In this document: one piece after another, positions 24,361-36,239 of the stretch
Layout of the letters: every line of letters starts with the position of its first letter
Numbering within the stretch: position 1 is the stretch's first letter
Source: Chiloscyllium plagiosum
Taxonomy: Eukaryota
Direction: 5' to 3'
Assembly (NCBI RefSeq): GCF_004010195.1
Contig: NC_057717.1
Coordinates: 105,231,927-105,271,681, forward strand
Length of the DNA: 39,755 bases
Position numbers and translations under genes: made by a program
Notes under the pieces: generated by a model
The model's database searches: none
What the model was told of the DNA's origin: nothing
What the model saw: the letters and a program-made list of their open reading frames with translations, nothing else

Positions 24361-25042
24361 TGAGCACTCACAATCGGTCTGGCTGTTTAAGACTTCATTC
24401 TTTATTTCTTCATTCAACCGGGTGAAGAGTGTCCGGAAACACAGAAGTTGAGCACTTCCGTATTCCTCGGAGGAGCTGCACACCATAACTGAAGACAAAT
24501 ACATTTTTATACTTTTTTTAAAGCAGGGTACATGGCATGATCGCAGAGTGCATTCAAACAATTACCAATCAATACACATTGCTTCATTGACAGTTACTTG
24601 GTCCAATGATAATAACTGGTAAACAACTTATGTCCCAACGCTTAGGTCACTTTTTTCCTGTGACACAGAGCCGCTACACCTACACCTGAAGGTCAGTCAG
24701 AACAGTTAGTACTCCCATATTTTATCGAGTTACTTCTGTAATCTAAAGGGCGTACTGTCTGCTAATCTCTTTTTGCAATGGTCTGTGGTTAGTTATTCAT
24801 GCAACTCTAGCGGAATTTGTAGTTAGCAGCCTAGAAGTCATTATGCAGCTCTAGCAGAATTAGCAGTTAGCAGACTAGAAGCCATTTTGTCATGCTAACT
24901 TGCATCGAGAAGCCATCTTGTTGCCATCTAAGTTACCAAGAGCATCCATCAGACGGTTGCTCCTAACTGCAACTAGTCATGTAGGCGCAGGTCATGAGCC
25001 TCCATGTCCTAGCTCAGCCTGTATTCAGGTTTCAGGCTCTCA
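24361..25042 (-). mobile_element. Probable retroviral LTR (682 bp)
   Basis: TGAG...CTCA ends; minus-strand purine tract aagggatggaaa immediately upstream (25043-25054); 44-bp tandem pair in U3; TATAAAAA (24504-24511) then AATAAA (24401-24406) on the minus strand. No TSD seen. Confidence 0.62.
24799..24886. repeat. Two imperfect 44-bp tandem units in the LTR U3
   Basis: atgcaactctagcggaatttgtagttagcagcctagaagtcatt / atgcagctctagcagaattagcagttagcagactagaagccatt. Confidence 0.85.
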
Positions 25043-25306
25043 TTTCCATCCCTTGTGAGTAGGGAGAGAAGAAAAAGAGAATACCTAGGAGTGCGGTGGC
25101 TGACTTGGACCTTGCAATCCAAACACTGCACCATGCACTTGGTGTCTCAGCTTCCACTTTGGGAATCCCTGGTCTAGGCTGACATATGGTAAGTGTCCAC
25201 TTAGGTAAAGTACTTGAGAGCAGCCAGTGCTTGTGGGAATATGAGAACAAATTAAGAATTAGAATTAAGTTTTCTGCCAATATGTGAAGTAGAAGCCACT
25301 ACTTAC

Positions 25307-25651
25307 TCCCATTCCTTTCTCTTTGCCTGAGGGGTACTGTGCATTTTATGAGCTTCGTGTGCTTTGATGACATCTCTGTGATCTACCAGGCCTCCTCGCC
25401 TTCTATAAGGTGCAGCCAGCCCACTCTCCGTCATCTGGTAATACTGAGCTTCATGTAACGCACTGGAATTGCAATGGTTAATGGAATCTATGCCCACTTC
25501 ACCTTTCACTTCATAGAGCTCTTCATAATAACTAGGAGGGGATGATGAGCTGAAGTCCAGAACATGTGTTTGAAGATGTTCAAAAGGGTCCGTCCATGAA
25601 GTTGTGTTTGCATTCATCAATCTGTTTGCCCAGAGCGAGGTAGCTGAACAA
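25307..25651 (-). CDS. Host coding exon; probable upstream N-terminal extension exon of a Cav2 voltage-gated calcium channel alpha-1 subunit (CACNA1E/B/A, paralog undetermined)
   Basis: Non-repetitive and stop-free for 345 nt; acceptor ttttattttgcag| and donor GGGA|gtaagt; ends RRRGGLVDHRDVIKAHEAHKMHSTPQAKRKEW(E), which I recall preceding MARFG in long Cav2 isoform models. The phase-2 end GA fits a join to G-ATG. Confidence 0.72.
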
Positions 25652-25964
25652 CTGCAAAATAAAACACCAAGAGTAAAAAGAACTTCAACTCCTCCAAATC
25701 ACAAGGTATCAAAATCAATTGTGCATGCCCTATCACACAGTCAAGCAACACAACACACTGCTCAGCAATTCATCTGTCTTTCACACTATGATTACAAACA
25801 AAATAGACTTAATGGTACAATAAGTTACACACTAGCCTCTTACCTCAGCTCAATTTGATTAACTTAAAGTCTACAACATCTGTTGCCGATTAGGATCTAA
25901 CACTACTCCTACCTAACTTCTGGATGGAATAAACCAACAACATAAAACTGGTATTAAAAAGGTA

Positions 25965-26850
25965 GAAACATATGAATCAGGAATAGAAGTAAACCATTTG
26001 GTCCTTTAAGAAGATCATATGTTCTGAATATCACATGCACATCTACCCTTCAATTCCTTTTCCTTCAAAAATCCACTGCTGCTTTAAAAATAGTCAATGA
26101 CACCACCTTCGGCGACAAAGTCTCATAACTGTCTGAGAAAGTTTCTCCTCATCTCTGTGCTACAAGTACGACACCTAATTTTTAAATAGTGTCCCCTGGA
26201 CCAGATCTCTCCCACAATAGAAAACATCACTGTCAGTTTGTCAAAACATTCACTTCAATCAAGTCATCCATTGCTCTTATAAACTCCAATGGAAACAAGC
26301 CAATCTGTCCAACCTGTCCTCATAAGAGAATCCACTCATGCCAGGCATCAAACTAGTAAACCTCTTCTGAACCACCAAACATTTACATTGTTTCTCATAT
26401 AAGGAGACCAAAATGGCATGCCATTGTCAAGATGTGGTCTCACCAATGGCCTGTATAACAGAAGCATCACGTCCTTACTTTTCTGTTCATTTTCTCTCAT
26501 AATAAAAGATTGCATTTCATTAATTTTTTAATCATTTGTTTTATCTGCATATTAATTTATTGTCACTTGTGTACTAGCACAAACCTAGATTGCCCCTGCA
26601 GCTCACAATTCTGCAGTCATTACTGTTTAAAATGATACTCTGGGCTTTTTATTCTTCCTACCAAAGTCAACAACTTCACATTTTCCCACATTATTCTCCA
26701 TATGATGGATTTTTGCCCCCTCATATAAATCATGTATATCTGTCTGCATCCTTGTTATGTTATTATTACATCATACTTTCCTACCTATGTTTGTGTTATC
26801 TGCAAATTTAGCTACGATACCTACGGTCCCCTTATCTAAGTCATTGTAAA
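25965..26850 (-). mobile_element. CR1 3' portion, degenerate
   Basis: Minus strand NDLDK..IVAKFADNT...LLYRPLVRPHL...WSPYMR...SYEDRLDRL; the 3' UTR ends near 25965. Confidence 0.8.
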
Positions 26851-27206
26851 AGTTGAGTTTAAGAAAATAGTTCATGACTCAAAACAAGGTGAGGAAGAAG
26901 GATTCTAGGAAAGGGAAAATCCAACCATGGCTAACAAAGGAAGTTAAGGTGAATATCAAATTGTAAGGAAAAATATACAATGCAGCAATGATTGAACAAG
27001 AGGGTTGGAAAAGTTTTAAAAGCCAACAAAAGACAATCAAAAACATAATAAATTAGGAGAAACTGAGGGCTAACTTGCAAGTAATACAAAAATAGATAGT
27101 AAAAGCTTTTTTAAATCAATATAGAAAGGGAGAGGCCAAATCGAACATTAGCCCCTTAAAGAATGCAGCTGAGGAAATAATAATGGGTGAAGCAAGATTT
27201 GGCAGA

Positions 27207-27439
27207 TGTCATGATTTTTAATGAGGTTAGCCAAGTGGACCTCAGAATATGAGTTTCCTGATTGGACCAGATTAACAGCCCCAATCAGGGAGCCCTGCCA
27301 GTTAGATATAAATAGGAGTGTCAGAGGTTCTGTTCATTCAGAGCTGGCTGTGAGGAAGCTAGACCAGTTTCAAGTATTATACACATATAAATACAGAGTA
27401 GCTTAGTGACAGCATACCAATCTCTGTGGAATTATTTCA
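27207..27439 (+). mobile_element. Solo LTR (233 bp)
   Basis: TGTCA...TTTCA ends; 5-bp TSD gcaga/acaga (one mismatch); inverted CCAAT pair cctgattgg/ccaatcagg, TATA tataaatagg; interrupts CR1 coding sequence cleanly. Confidence 0.7.
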
Positions 27440-27865
27440 ACAGAGAAGTTAAAAAAATACTTTGCATGTGTCCTCATGGTTGAGAACATTAATAGCATTC
27501 CAAATGGAAGGATGCGGGGGGGTGAAAACAATAAATATCATTGGAGAATCAGCACCCAAGGAACAAACAAGACTAAAGGCTGATAAATTCCCTGGACCTG
27601 ACCTGTTACATCCTAGGATTTTAAAGGAAGTATCGACTGTGGTAATGGATGCACAGGTAGTAATCCACCAGGAATCCTTCAATTCAAAAAATGTCTCAAA
27701 GGAAAACTGCCAATGTAACACCCTTATTCAAAAAGGGAAGAAACAAAATACACATAACCGATAGGTTATTAGCTTAATGGGTCATTGGGAAAATGTCATA
27801 ACAGAAAATGATACATAATAATTATTGAGCAGAACTAGCATGACTTCATAAAGGGGAAATAATGA

Positions 27866-30240
27866 AAGATAAAGCACTGAAGGATACTGCTGCTAGAATG
27901 GGCTGCAGCACGTGGTGAGGGGTCCAACAAGTGGGCAAATATATTTGACCTCGTCCTTACCAGTCTGCCAGCTGCTGATGCATCTGTCCTTGACAGTATC
28001 AGTAAGACTGACTATCGGACAGTCCTTGTGGAGACAAAGTTCTGCCTTCATATTGAGAATATCTGCTATTGTGCTATGTGGCACCATCACTATGCTAAAT
28101 GGGACAGTCTTTGAACAGGTCTAGCAACTCAGCAGCGGGCATCCATCAACAGCAGCAGAATTGAACTCCACCATAATCTGCAACCTCATGACCTAGCATA
28201 TCCTCCACTCAAACATTACCATCAAGCCAGGGATCAATCCTGGTTCAATTGGGAGTGCGGGAGGACATGCCAGGAGCAGCACAAGACATTCTCCAAAATG
28301 AGGTGTCAATCTGATGAAGGTACTAAACAGGAGTACCTGCATGCCAAACAACATAAGCAGTGAGCGATAGACAGAGCTAAGTGATCCTTCAACCAACAGC
28401 TCTGCAGCCTGGCCACATCCAGTCATGATTGGTGGTGGACAATAAATAACGCACTGGAGGAGGAGGCTCCACAAATATCCCCTTCTTCAAAAATGGAAGA
28501 GCCCAGCATACAAATGCAAAAGATAAGGCTGAAGCATTCAGAACAATCTTCAGCCAGAAGTGCTAAGTGAATGGTCCATCTTAGCCTCCTCCAGTAGTTC
28601 CCAACATAACAGATACCAGTCTGTAGCCAATTTGATTCACTCCACATGATATCAAGAAACAGTTGGAGACATTGGATACTGCAAAGACTATGGGCCCTAA
28701 CAACATTCCAGCAATAGTACTTAGGTTTGTCCTCCAGAACTTGCCACTCTCCTAGCCAAGCTGTTCTAGTACAGTTACAATACTGGCATTTTTCACTGAC
28801 AATGTGGAAAGTTGCCCGAGTACGTCCTGCACAAAAAAGGCAGGACAATACTTGCTTAGCAATAACTGCTCAGTGATGGCCAGTTTGGGTTCCACTAGGA
28901 CCACTCAGCTCCTGACCTCATTATAGCCTTGGTTCCAACATGGGAAAAGAGCTGAATCCCAGATGTGAAGTGAGAGTGACAGCCCTCGACATCAAAGTCA
29001 TATTCAACTGCGTTTGGCATCAAAGAACCCAAGCAAGACTGGGATCAATGGGTATCAAGGGAAAACTCTCTAGAGGTTGGAGTCATACCTGGCACATAGG
29101 AAGACGATTGTGGTTGTTGGAATTCAGTCATCTCAGCTCCAGGACATCTCTGCAGGAATTCCTCAGGGTAGTGTTCTAGAGCCAACCATCTTCAGCTGCT
29201 TCATCAATGATCTTCCCTCCATCATAAGGTCAGAAATGGGGATGTTCACCAATCATTGCACAATGTTCACCACCATTTGCAACACCTCAGATACTGAAGC
29301 AATCCATGTTAAAATGCAACAAGATCTGGACAATATCCAGGTTTAGCCTGACAAGTGACAAGTAACATTTGCACCACACAATGCCATCTCCATTGACCAT
29401 CTCCAATCAGACCTAATCACCGCCTCTTGACATTCAATGGTGTGACAATCACTGAGTCCACCACTATTAACATCTTTGGGGTTACCATTGACCAGAAACT
29501 CAACTGGACTTGTCACATAAACACAATGGCTACAAAAGCAGGTCAGAGGGTAAGAATACTATAGTCAGTAACTCACCTGCTGACTTCCCAAAGCCTGTCA
29601 ACCATCTGCAAGGCTCAAGTCAGGAGTGTGATGAAATACTCCCCAGTTGCCTGGATGGGAGCTGATCTAACAACACTCAAGAAGCTTGACACCATCCAGG
29701 GCAAAGCAGCCTACTTGATTGGTACCACGTCCACAAGCATCCATTTCCTCCACCACCAATGCTCAGTACACACTGCTGCTACTACTGCTATCTGCAAGAT
29801 GCACTGCAGATATTCACCAAAGATCCTTAAACAGCATCATCCAAACCCCCGATCACTTCCATCTAGAGGACAAAGCTAGCAGATACACGGGAACACCACC
29901 AATTATAAGTTCCCTTCCAAGCAATTCCTAATGAAGGGCTTATGCCCAAAACATCGATTCTCCTGCTCCTCAGATGCTGCCTGACCTGCTGTGCTTTTCC
30001 AGCACCACACGTTCGACTCTGATCGCCAACATCTGCAGTCCTCACCATCCTGACTTGGAAATATATCACCATTCCTTCACTGTTGCTGGATATAAATCGT
30101 GGAATTCCCTCCTTAAGGGTATTGTGGGTCAACCTACAGCATATGGACTGCAGCAGACAAGAAGACAGCTCACCATCATGTTCTCAAGAGCATCTAGAGA
30201 CAGGCAGTAAATGCTGCCCACATGTCATGAATAAATAAAA
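27866..30240 (+). mobile_element. CR1-clade LINE family B, 5'-truncated
   Basis: VRVTALDIKVIFNCVWHQ, SAGIPQGSVLEPTIFSCFINDL, MKYSPVAWMG; tail catgaataaataaaa. Confidence 0.88.
29923..30042 (+). mobile_element. Mini-PLE terminus with a decayed hammerhead, inside the LINE 3' UTR
   Basis: ttc-ctaatga-agggcttatgccc-aaaac-atc-gattctcctgctcctcagatgctgcc; same family as 6049-6176. Confidence 0.8.
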
Positions 30241-30419
30241 TATGCATGACAAATTGATTTGAGCTTGTTGAGGAGATAACAAGCAGGATAGATAGAGAAC
30301 CAGTACATGTAATATATTTGGATTTTCAAAAGGAATTCAATTAAGGTTGGTACCTTAGGGTAAGTTGTGAGGATGGCACAGTTTTGGTCCCCTTATCTAA
30401 GGAAAAATAGATATTTTAA

Positions 30420-30525
30420 TCAATTTGTTCAGACATGTTAGAATATATCTCTGGAGCAGTTGAAACTTGCTCCTGAGCCTCTAGCCCAGAAATAAGTTCA
30501 CTACCACTGTGCCACAAGTGCCCAG
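30420..30525 (-). mobile_element. tRNA-derived SINE 5' fragment
   Basis: Minus strand gggcacttgtggcacagtggtagtg (A box); flanked by repeated ctaaggaaa(a/g) CR1 sequence. Confidence 0.5.
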
Positions 30526-30695
30526 CTCTAAGGAAAGATATACTGGCAATGGAGGCAGACCAAAGTCCAAAAGGGTGACTTTGAGGCTTATAAAATCATG
30601 AGGGCATAGATGAGGTGAATGACAAGGGTCTTTTCCCTGGGCTGGAGGTGTCCATAACTACAGGGCATATTTTTAATAAAGATTTAAAAAGAACA

Positions 30696-32021
30696 GACAG
30701 GGTTTGATGAGGAGCAGTCAGCACAGCTTTGGGCATGGGAGACCATGCCTCACAAATTTGTTAGAGTTCTTTGATGAAGTGACCAGGAAGGTTGACAAGG
30801 GCAGTCCAGATGGATTTCAGTAAAACCTTTAATAAGCTTCCACATGGTAGGCTGCTCTGAAAGGTAAGATTGCATGGAATCTGGGGGAGCTGGCAAATTG
30901 GACACAATTAATATAATGGTAGAAAGCAAAGAGTAATAGTGGAAGGATGCTTGTCAGACTGGAGGTCTGTGACGAGTACCTCACGGATTGATGCTGGACC
31001 CATTACTGTTTATTATCTATATCAATGATTTGAATGAGAATGTGCAAGGCATGATTAGTAAATTTGCAGATGGCACTAGAATAAGCGGTATCATGGACAG
31101 TGAGGAAGATTATCAGAAATTGCAGCAGGTCCTTGACCAGCTGGGGAAGTGGGCCAAGAAATGGAATATAGATACAGATCAGTGTGTGGTCTTGTTTAAT
31201 ATAGATCTATATCAGTTTAATATAGATCAGTGTGTGGTCTTGCATTTTGGAAAGTCAAATCAAGGCAGGAGTTTCATGGTGAATGGTAGGGCCTTCAGGA
31301 ATGTATGGAACAGAGGGATCTTGGAGTTCAGGTGCACGGCTCTCTGAAAGTGGAGTCACAGGGAGACAGGGCAGTGAAGAAAGATTTTGTCACAATGGCC
31401 TTCATCAGTCAGAGCACTGAGTATTAAAGTTGAGAAGCTATGTTGCAGTTGTACAGATGTTGGTGAGATTGCACTTGGAGTACTATGTTCAGTTTTGGTC
31501 ACCTTGGTGTAGGAAGGATGTCATTAAACTGGAAAGAGTGCAGAAGAAATTTACAAGGATGTTGCCAGGGCTCAATGGTCTGAGTTATAGGGAAAGGTTG
31601 GACAAGCTAGGACCTTTTTCTTTAGAGTGTAGGAAACTGAGGGGAGATCTTACAGAAGTGTATAAAATTACGAGAGGTATGGATAGGGTGAACACACACA
31701 GTCTTTTTCCCAGAGTTAGGGAATCGCAGAATAGAGGGCATCAGTTTAACATTAGAAGGGAAAGAATAAAAAGGAAACCTGAGGGGCAACTTTTTTTTAC
31801 AAAGAAGGTGTTATCCTTATGGAATGAGCTGCCAGCGGAAGTTGTTCAGTAGAATACATTAAAAACACTTAAAAGGCACTTAGACAAATACATGAATAGG
31901 AAAGGTTTAGAAGTTTATGGGTCAAGTGCAGGAAAATGGAGTTAGCATAGGTGGACATTTTGGTTGGGCATGGACCAGTTTGAGCCAAAGGGCCTGTGGT
32001 GTGGGACTCTATGACCCTATG
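30696..32021 (+). mobile_element. CR1 RT-3' portion nested in an older CR1 3' end
   Basis: IYINDLNENVQGMISKFADGT; VRLHLEYYVQFWSP..VQKKFTRMLPG; tail ctctatgaccctatga. Confidence 0.85.
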
Positions 32022-32364
32022 ACATATGGGGCAACTTGTTTTGTATAGGTATTTTTATTGAAAAAACAGAATTTTTAAAGATTTTTACAAAATTACAAAA
32101 GTAATATAAACAAGTATAAACACCAATATAAAATTAAATAAATAAGAAAAAAAGAAAAGAAATAAATAATAACCGAAACAAGAAAAAGAGAAAAACCCAA
32201 CTAACTGCTGATCTATCCTACAAACAACCAAAACATAAAATAGGATATCATACATTACTAGCTATAAACAACAGAATAATTAAATAACTAAGTAAACGCT
32301 AAACATAGATTTACATCAAGTCATAATGAAACCCGTATTTATATGGGATTCCTCCTCCCAGGAG

Positions 32365-35300
32365 TCACCGTACCAGCCAGAACCACTCCCACAGCCAGAC
32401 AAAAGCCCTGGACAATATGGCCAAAATATCTGTGTCGATATAGTTCAAAAAGGGCTGCCATATTTTACAGAATAATTCAATTTTTTGGTGCACCATATTT
32501 GTGAGGAAGTCAAGGGGGATATATTCCATGATTAGCCTGTTCGAAAGTCCTGGAGGGCCTTCAGCTGCCCAATTCATTAAAATATTTTTCCTTGCACAAA
32601 AGGAGAGGATGGAAAATAGTTTCCTCCCGTGCATGTCCAGGGAGGGAAAATCTGAAAAGCCCAAGAGTAGAGACACTGGATCCAATCTAATCTCCGTACC
32701 CAAGATCTCTGTCAAGGCATTCACTACTCTGTCCCAATACCTGCAGATCTTATGGTATGTCCATAGGCAATGCCTGAGAGTGCCAACTTCGATTTTGCAT
32801 TTAGGACACATTGGGGATGCTCCTACCTTAAATTTTGTGAGTCGTTCAGGTGCTATATGGGCCCTGTGGAGTATCTTTAATTGAATAGCTTGAGTTCTAT
32901 TACAAATAGAGACCTTTCTGGCATTTTCCCAGATGTCCTCCCACATTTCTGAAGAGATTTCTAACCCCAATTCTTGGTTCCATATTTTAAATAATTGTTC
33001 CAGGTCTTTCGATACCTCATTATGTAATGAGTGATAAAGAGTACTGACCGAGAGCGGCCCCATCAGCCAGAGCATTCTTCTTTCCATATCCGATTTGTAG
33101 GGATTGCCTATCAGTGTGGTCTTCGTCTGGATATAATCTCTTATTTGGAAATACCGAAAAAGGTCCCTGTTCGGCAGTTCAAACTTTTGGTGCAACTGCT
33201 CAAAAGACATCATAACCTCCCCATCAAACAGGTTCCCCCAAGTAAGAGATACTTTGAACTTCCAAGTTTTAATTGTAGCGTCTGTCAGCCCTGGCTGAAA
33301 TCCCGACGCTCCCACTATAGGAGTATAAGGGGAGGTTTTTTTGCAGGTTACCTTAATCTTGTCGCATTATCCTCCAGGCTTTAATTGTATTTAATACAAT
33401 AGGGTTTTTGCAATAGTTCATAATAGCTCTCATCTTATCCATAAATAAAAGATTGATGAGGGGACACTTTGCTTGGGAGGTCTCAATATCTAACCAAATT
33501 GATTGTGGGTCACAAGAGACCCATTCAGCTACATAAGATAATAAAGAGCTCAACTGATATCTCCTAAAGTCTGGGAAGTCCAGTCCTCCCCTTGCCTGTG
33601 GAAGCTGCAGCTTTTCTAATTTGATAAGGGGCCGTCTATCATTCCAGATAAAAGAACCAAGCCAGCCGTGGAGCTTACGCAACACCAATCTCGGCAACAT
33701 TAGAGGGAGCATTTTCATAGGATATAGAAGATGAGGTAGAATATTCATTTTAACTAGGGCTACTCTGCCCAACCAGGATATTGGGAGATCTCCCCAGCGT
33801 TGAAGATCCTGCCTTATTTTCTCTAATAGGTGCACAAAATTGGCTTTGTACAGCTGACCAAATACTAGGGTGATGAAAATACCCAAGTATAGAAAACCTT
33901 CCAGTGACCACTGAAAGGGAAAGCAAGATCCGTCCGGTAAGTTGGATATTCTGGCGAGACCACCCACCGACATGGCCTCCGATTTCATAAAATTGATTTT
34001 ATAGCCTGAGAACATGCTAAATAGATTGACCACTTGAATTAGGCGGATCAAAGGATCTCTTAAGAAAAGGAGGACATAATCTGTATAGAGAGTAATTTTA
34101 TGTTTACCCGAACCAACCCTCGGACCCGCTATGTTACGGTCAGTTCGTATAGCTTCCGCTAGTGGTTCGATTACGAGCGTGAGTAATACAGGCGAGAGAG
34201 GACATCCCTGATGACAGCCTTTCCCAACACTGAAGCTTTCCGAACCTAAACCATTGGTGATCACAGCTGCTTTGGGGTCATTATATAATACTGAGACCCA
34301 TTTAGAAAATAACTCTCCGACACCAAACCTTTCCAGTGTATAAAAAAGATATGACCATTCTACTCGATCAAAAGCCTTCCCTACGTCCAAGGACACAACT
34401 AATCCCGGTATTCTTCACTGTTGACAGGCTTGTATCATATTTAAGATCCTTCTAATATTATTAGTCGATTTGCGGCCCTTAATAAACCCCGTCTGGTCTT
34501 CTTTTATGATGTATGGTAAGACCCTCTCCAATCTTAATGCTATCATTTTAGAAAGAATTTTAAAATCCACATTTAGCAAGGATATTGGTCTATATGATGA
34601 GCAATATTCTGGGGCTTTTCCTTTTTTAAGAATGAGATATTTGCTTCTCTCAATGAAGGCGGGAGGCAGCCCTGACTATGTGAGTAATTATGCATATTTA
34701 TAAGTGGCCCAGCCAGTTCCCCTATAAATTCTATATAAAACTCAACCTGGAATCCGTCTGGTCGAGGGACTTTGCCATTCTGAAGCTGACTAATAGCATC
34801 AAGAACTTCCTGGGTTATCAGGGGGGCATTCAAGATCGGCACCTGCTCCGAGGTTAAGCCCGGAAAGGGCAAGTTTTTAAAGAAGAACTCCATCTTCTCA
34901 GTTCTATCCTCACAGTCCTGTCAGCTGCCTTCAAGCGAGCCTCGAGCAGGCGCTGTTGATCTCCCTTTTGTCTTTTCTGGGTCACAGAATATGAGATGAC
35001 CAAACCTCGCGCATAAGCCTTAATGGTCTCCCACATCGTCGACAGGTTACTGGCTGTACCTGAATTAATTTCCAAAAAGGTTTTGAATTCCTGAGAAAAA
35101 TTTTTATAAGTTTGCTATCCTTCAATAAGAAAGAATCCATACATCAATGTCAGCGGCCTAGCCCATCGTCCCTAGTCTTGACTTCCATATATACTGCAGC
35201 ATGATCAGAAATAGCTATATTACCTATTTTGCAAGACAATATGGAATTCAAAAGGGTCGAGGGAGATAAAAACATATCAATTCTGGTATGACACTTACGT

Positions 35301-35866
35301 GGGTTGGAGTAGAAAGTAAAATCTCTACCCTGGGGGTGAAAGCACCTCCACACATCTACTAGCCCTAGCTCCTTATTCAGATCCTTATTCAGTTGTCTAG
35401 ATCTAAGAGATTTGCCCACAGTTCTCTTAGGTATCCTATCTGTCTCTGAGTCCATAATACAGTTAAAATTTCCTCCTATAATTGTATGGCGGACCCCAAA
35501 AGCCATCAACTTAGAGAATGCTTCCAATAAAGATTCAAAATTCTATATTCCTCTCCATATATTAGGGCTTTGATCAGTATGTACCATCCAGACTCACCTT
35601 TTATCTGGCTTAACATTTGGAAAGGGAGATTCTTCCGAATGAGAATGACTACTCCCCTACTTTTTGAACTGAAAGAAGAGAAAAAAGCCCAATCAAATCC
35701 ACCCTGTTGCAGCTTTAAGTGCTTTTTGTCAAGCAGATATGTCTCCTGTAAGAGAGCTATGTCAACCCTTTCTTTTTTTGAGACTTGATAATATCTTTTT
35801 CCTTTTGATTGGTGAATTACTCTCCTTGACATTCCAGGTGCACCACCTAAGCGAATGGCTAGCCAT
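32365..35866 (-). pseudogene. L1 ORF2 (APE endonuclease, RT, CCHC), frameshifted with internal deletions
   Basis: MASHSLRWCTWNVK, DIALLQET, GGNFN, TRIDMF, ISDH; KAFDRVEW, GCHQGCPLSP, LYTDY (YADD); CPKC...HCLW. Confidence 0.9.
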
Positions 35867-36239
35867 GATTGTCCAGGCAAGTCCGAGACCCCCCAGGAGG
35901 AAGAACCCCACCCAAAATACTTTGAATAAAAACCATAGAAAATTCACAAATGCAAAAATTCTTTAAAACAATTACACCAACACAATAAAAAACTATTCCT
36001 AAGTTTAGAAAAAATGCAAAACACATTTGAAAGGAAACTTTCCCCCTTGCTCCCAGGGGGCGTGATGACCTGTCATTAACCCCACCATAACCTCTCCTAA
36101 CTCGGGCTCTGCCCTCAGCCCAGACGTTATAGAATGGAGTAGACAAATTCAGGTATTCTATAAAACCAGAGTTAAAAGTGAGATGAAGAAGGAAAAAAAG
36201 GGTAATCAAGGGGGGGGGGGGAGGGGCAAAATAAAATCG

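Larger units (their letters stand above)
26865..30350 (+). mobile_element. Old CR1 internal portion interrupted by a solo LTR and a family-B LINE
   Basis: QPWLTKEVK (~26920), KFPGPDLLHPRILKEV (27462-27764); resumes ~30243 with MTN.FE..EEITSRID..PVHVIYLDFQKEF. Confidence 0.7.

Noticed and set aside
24799..24886. CRISPR-like repeat array
   Set aside because: Only two adjacent units, no spacers, eukaryotic LTR context.
25965..30350. Twin-priming inversion of a single CR1
   Set aside because: About 200 bp is missing between the two parts, no TSD was found, and the plus copy appears to continue past 30360, so two independent insertions are simpler.
31165..31243. Duplicated atagat...cagtgtgtggtcttg segment in CR1
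   Set aside because: Local post-insertion duplication in a dead element; no functional implication.
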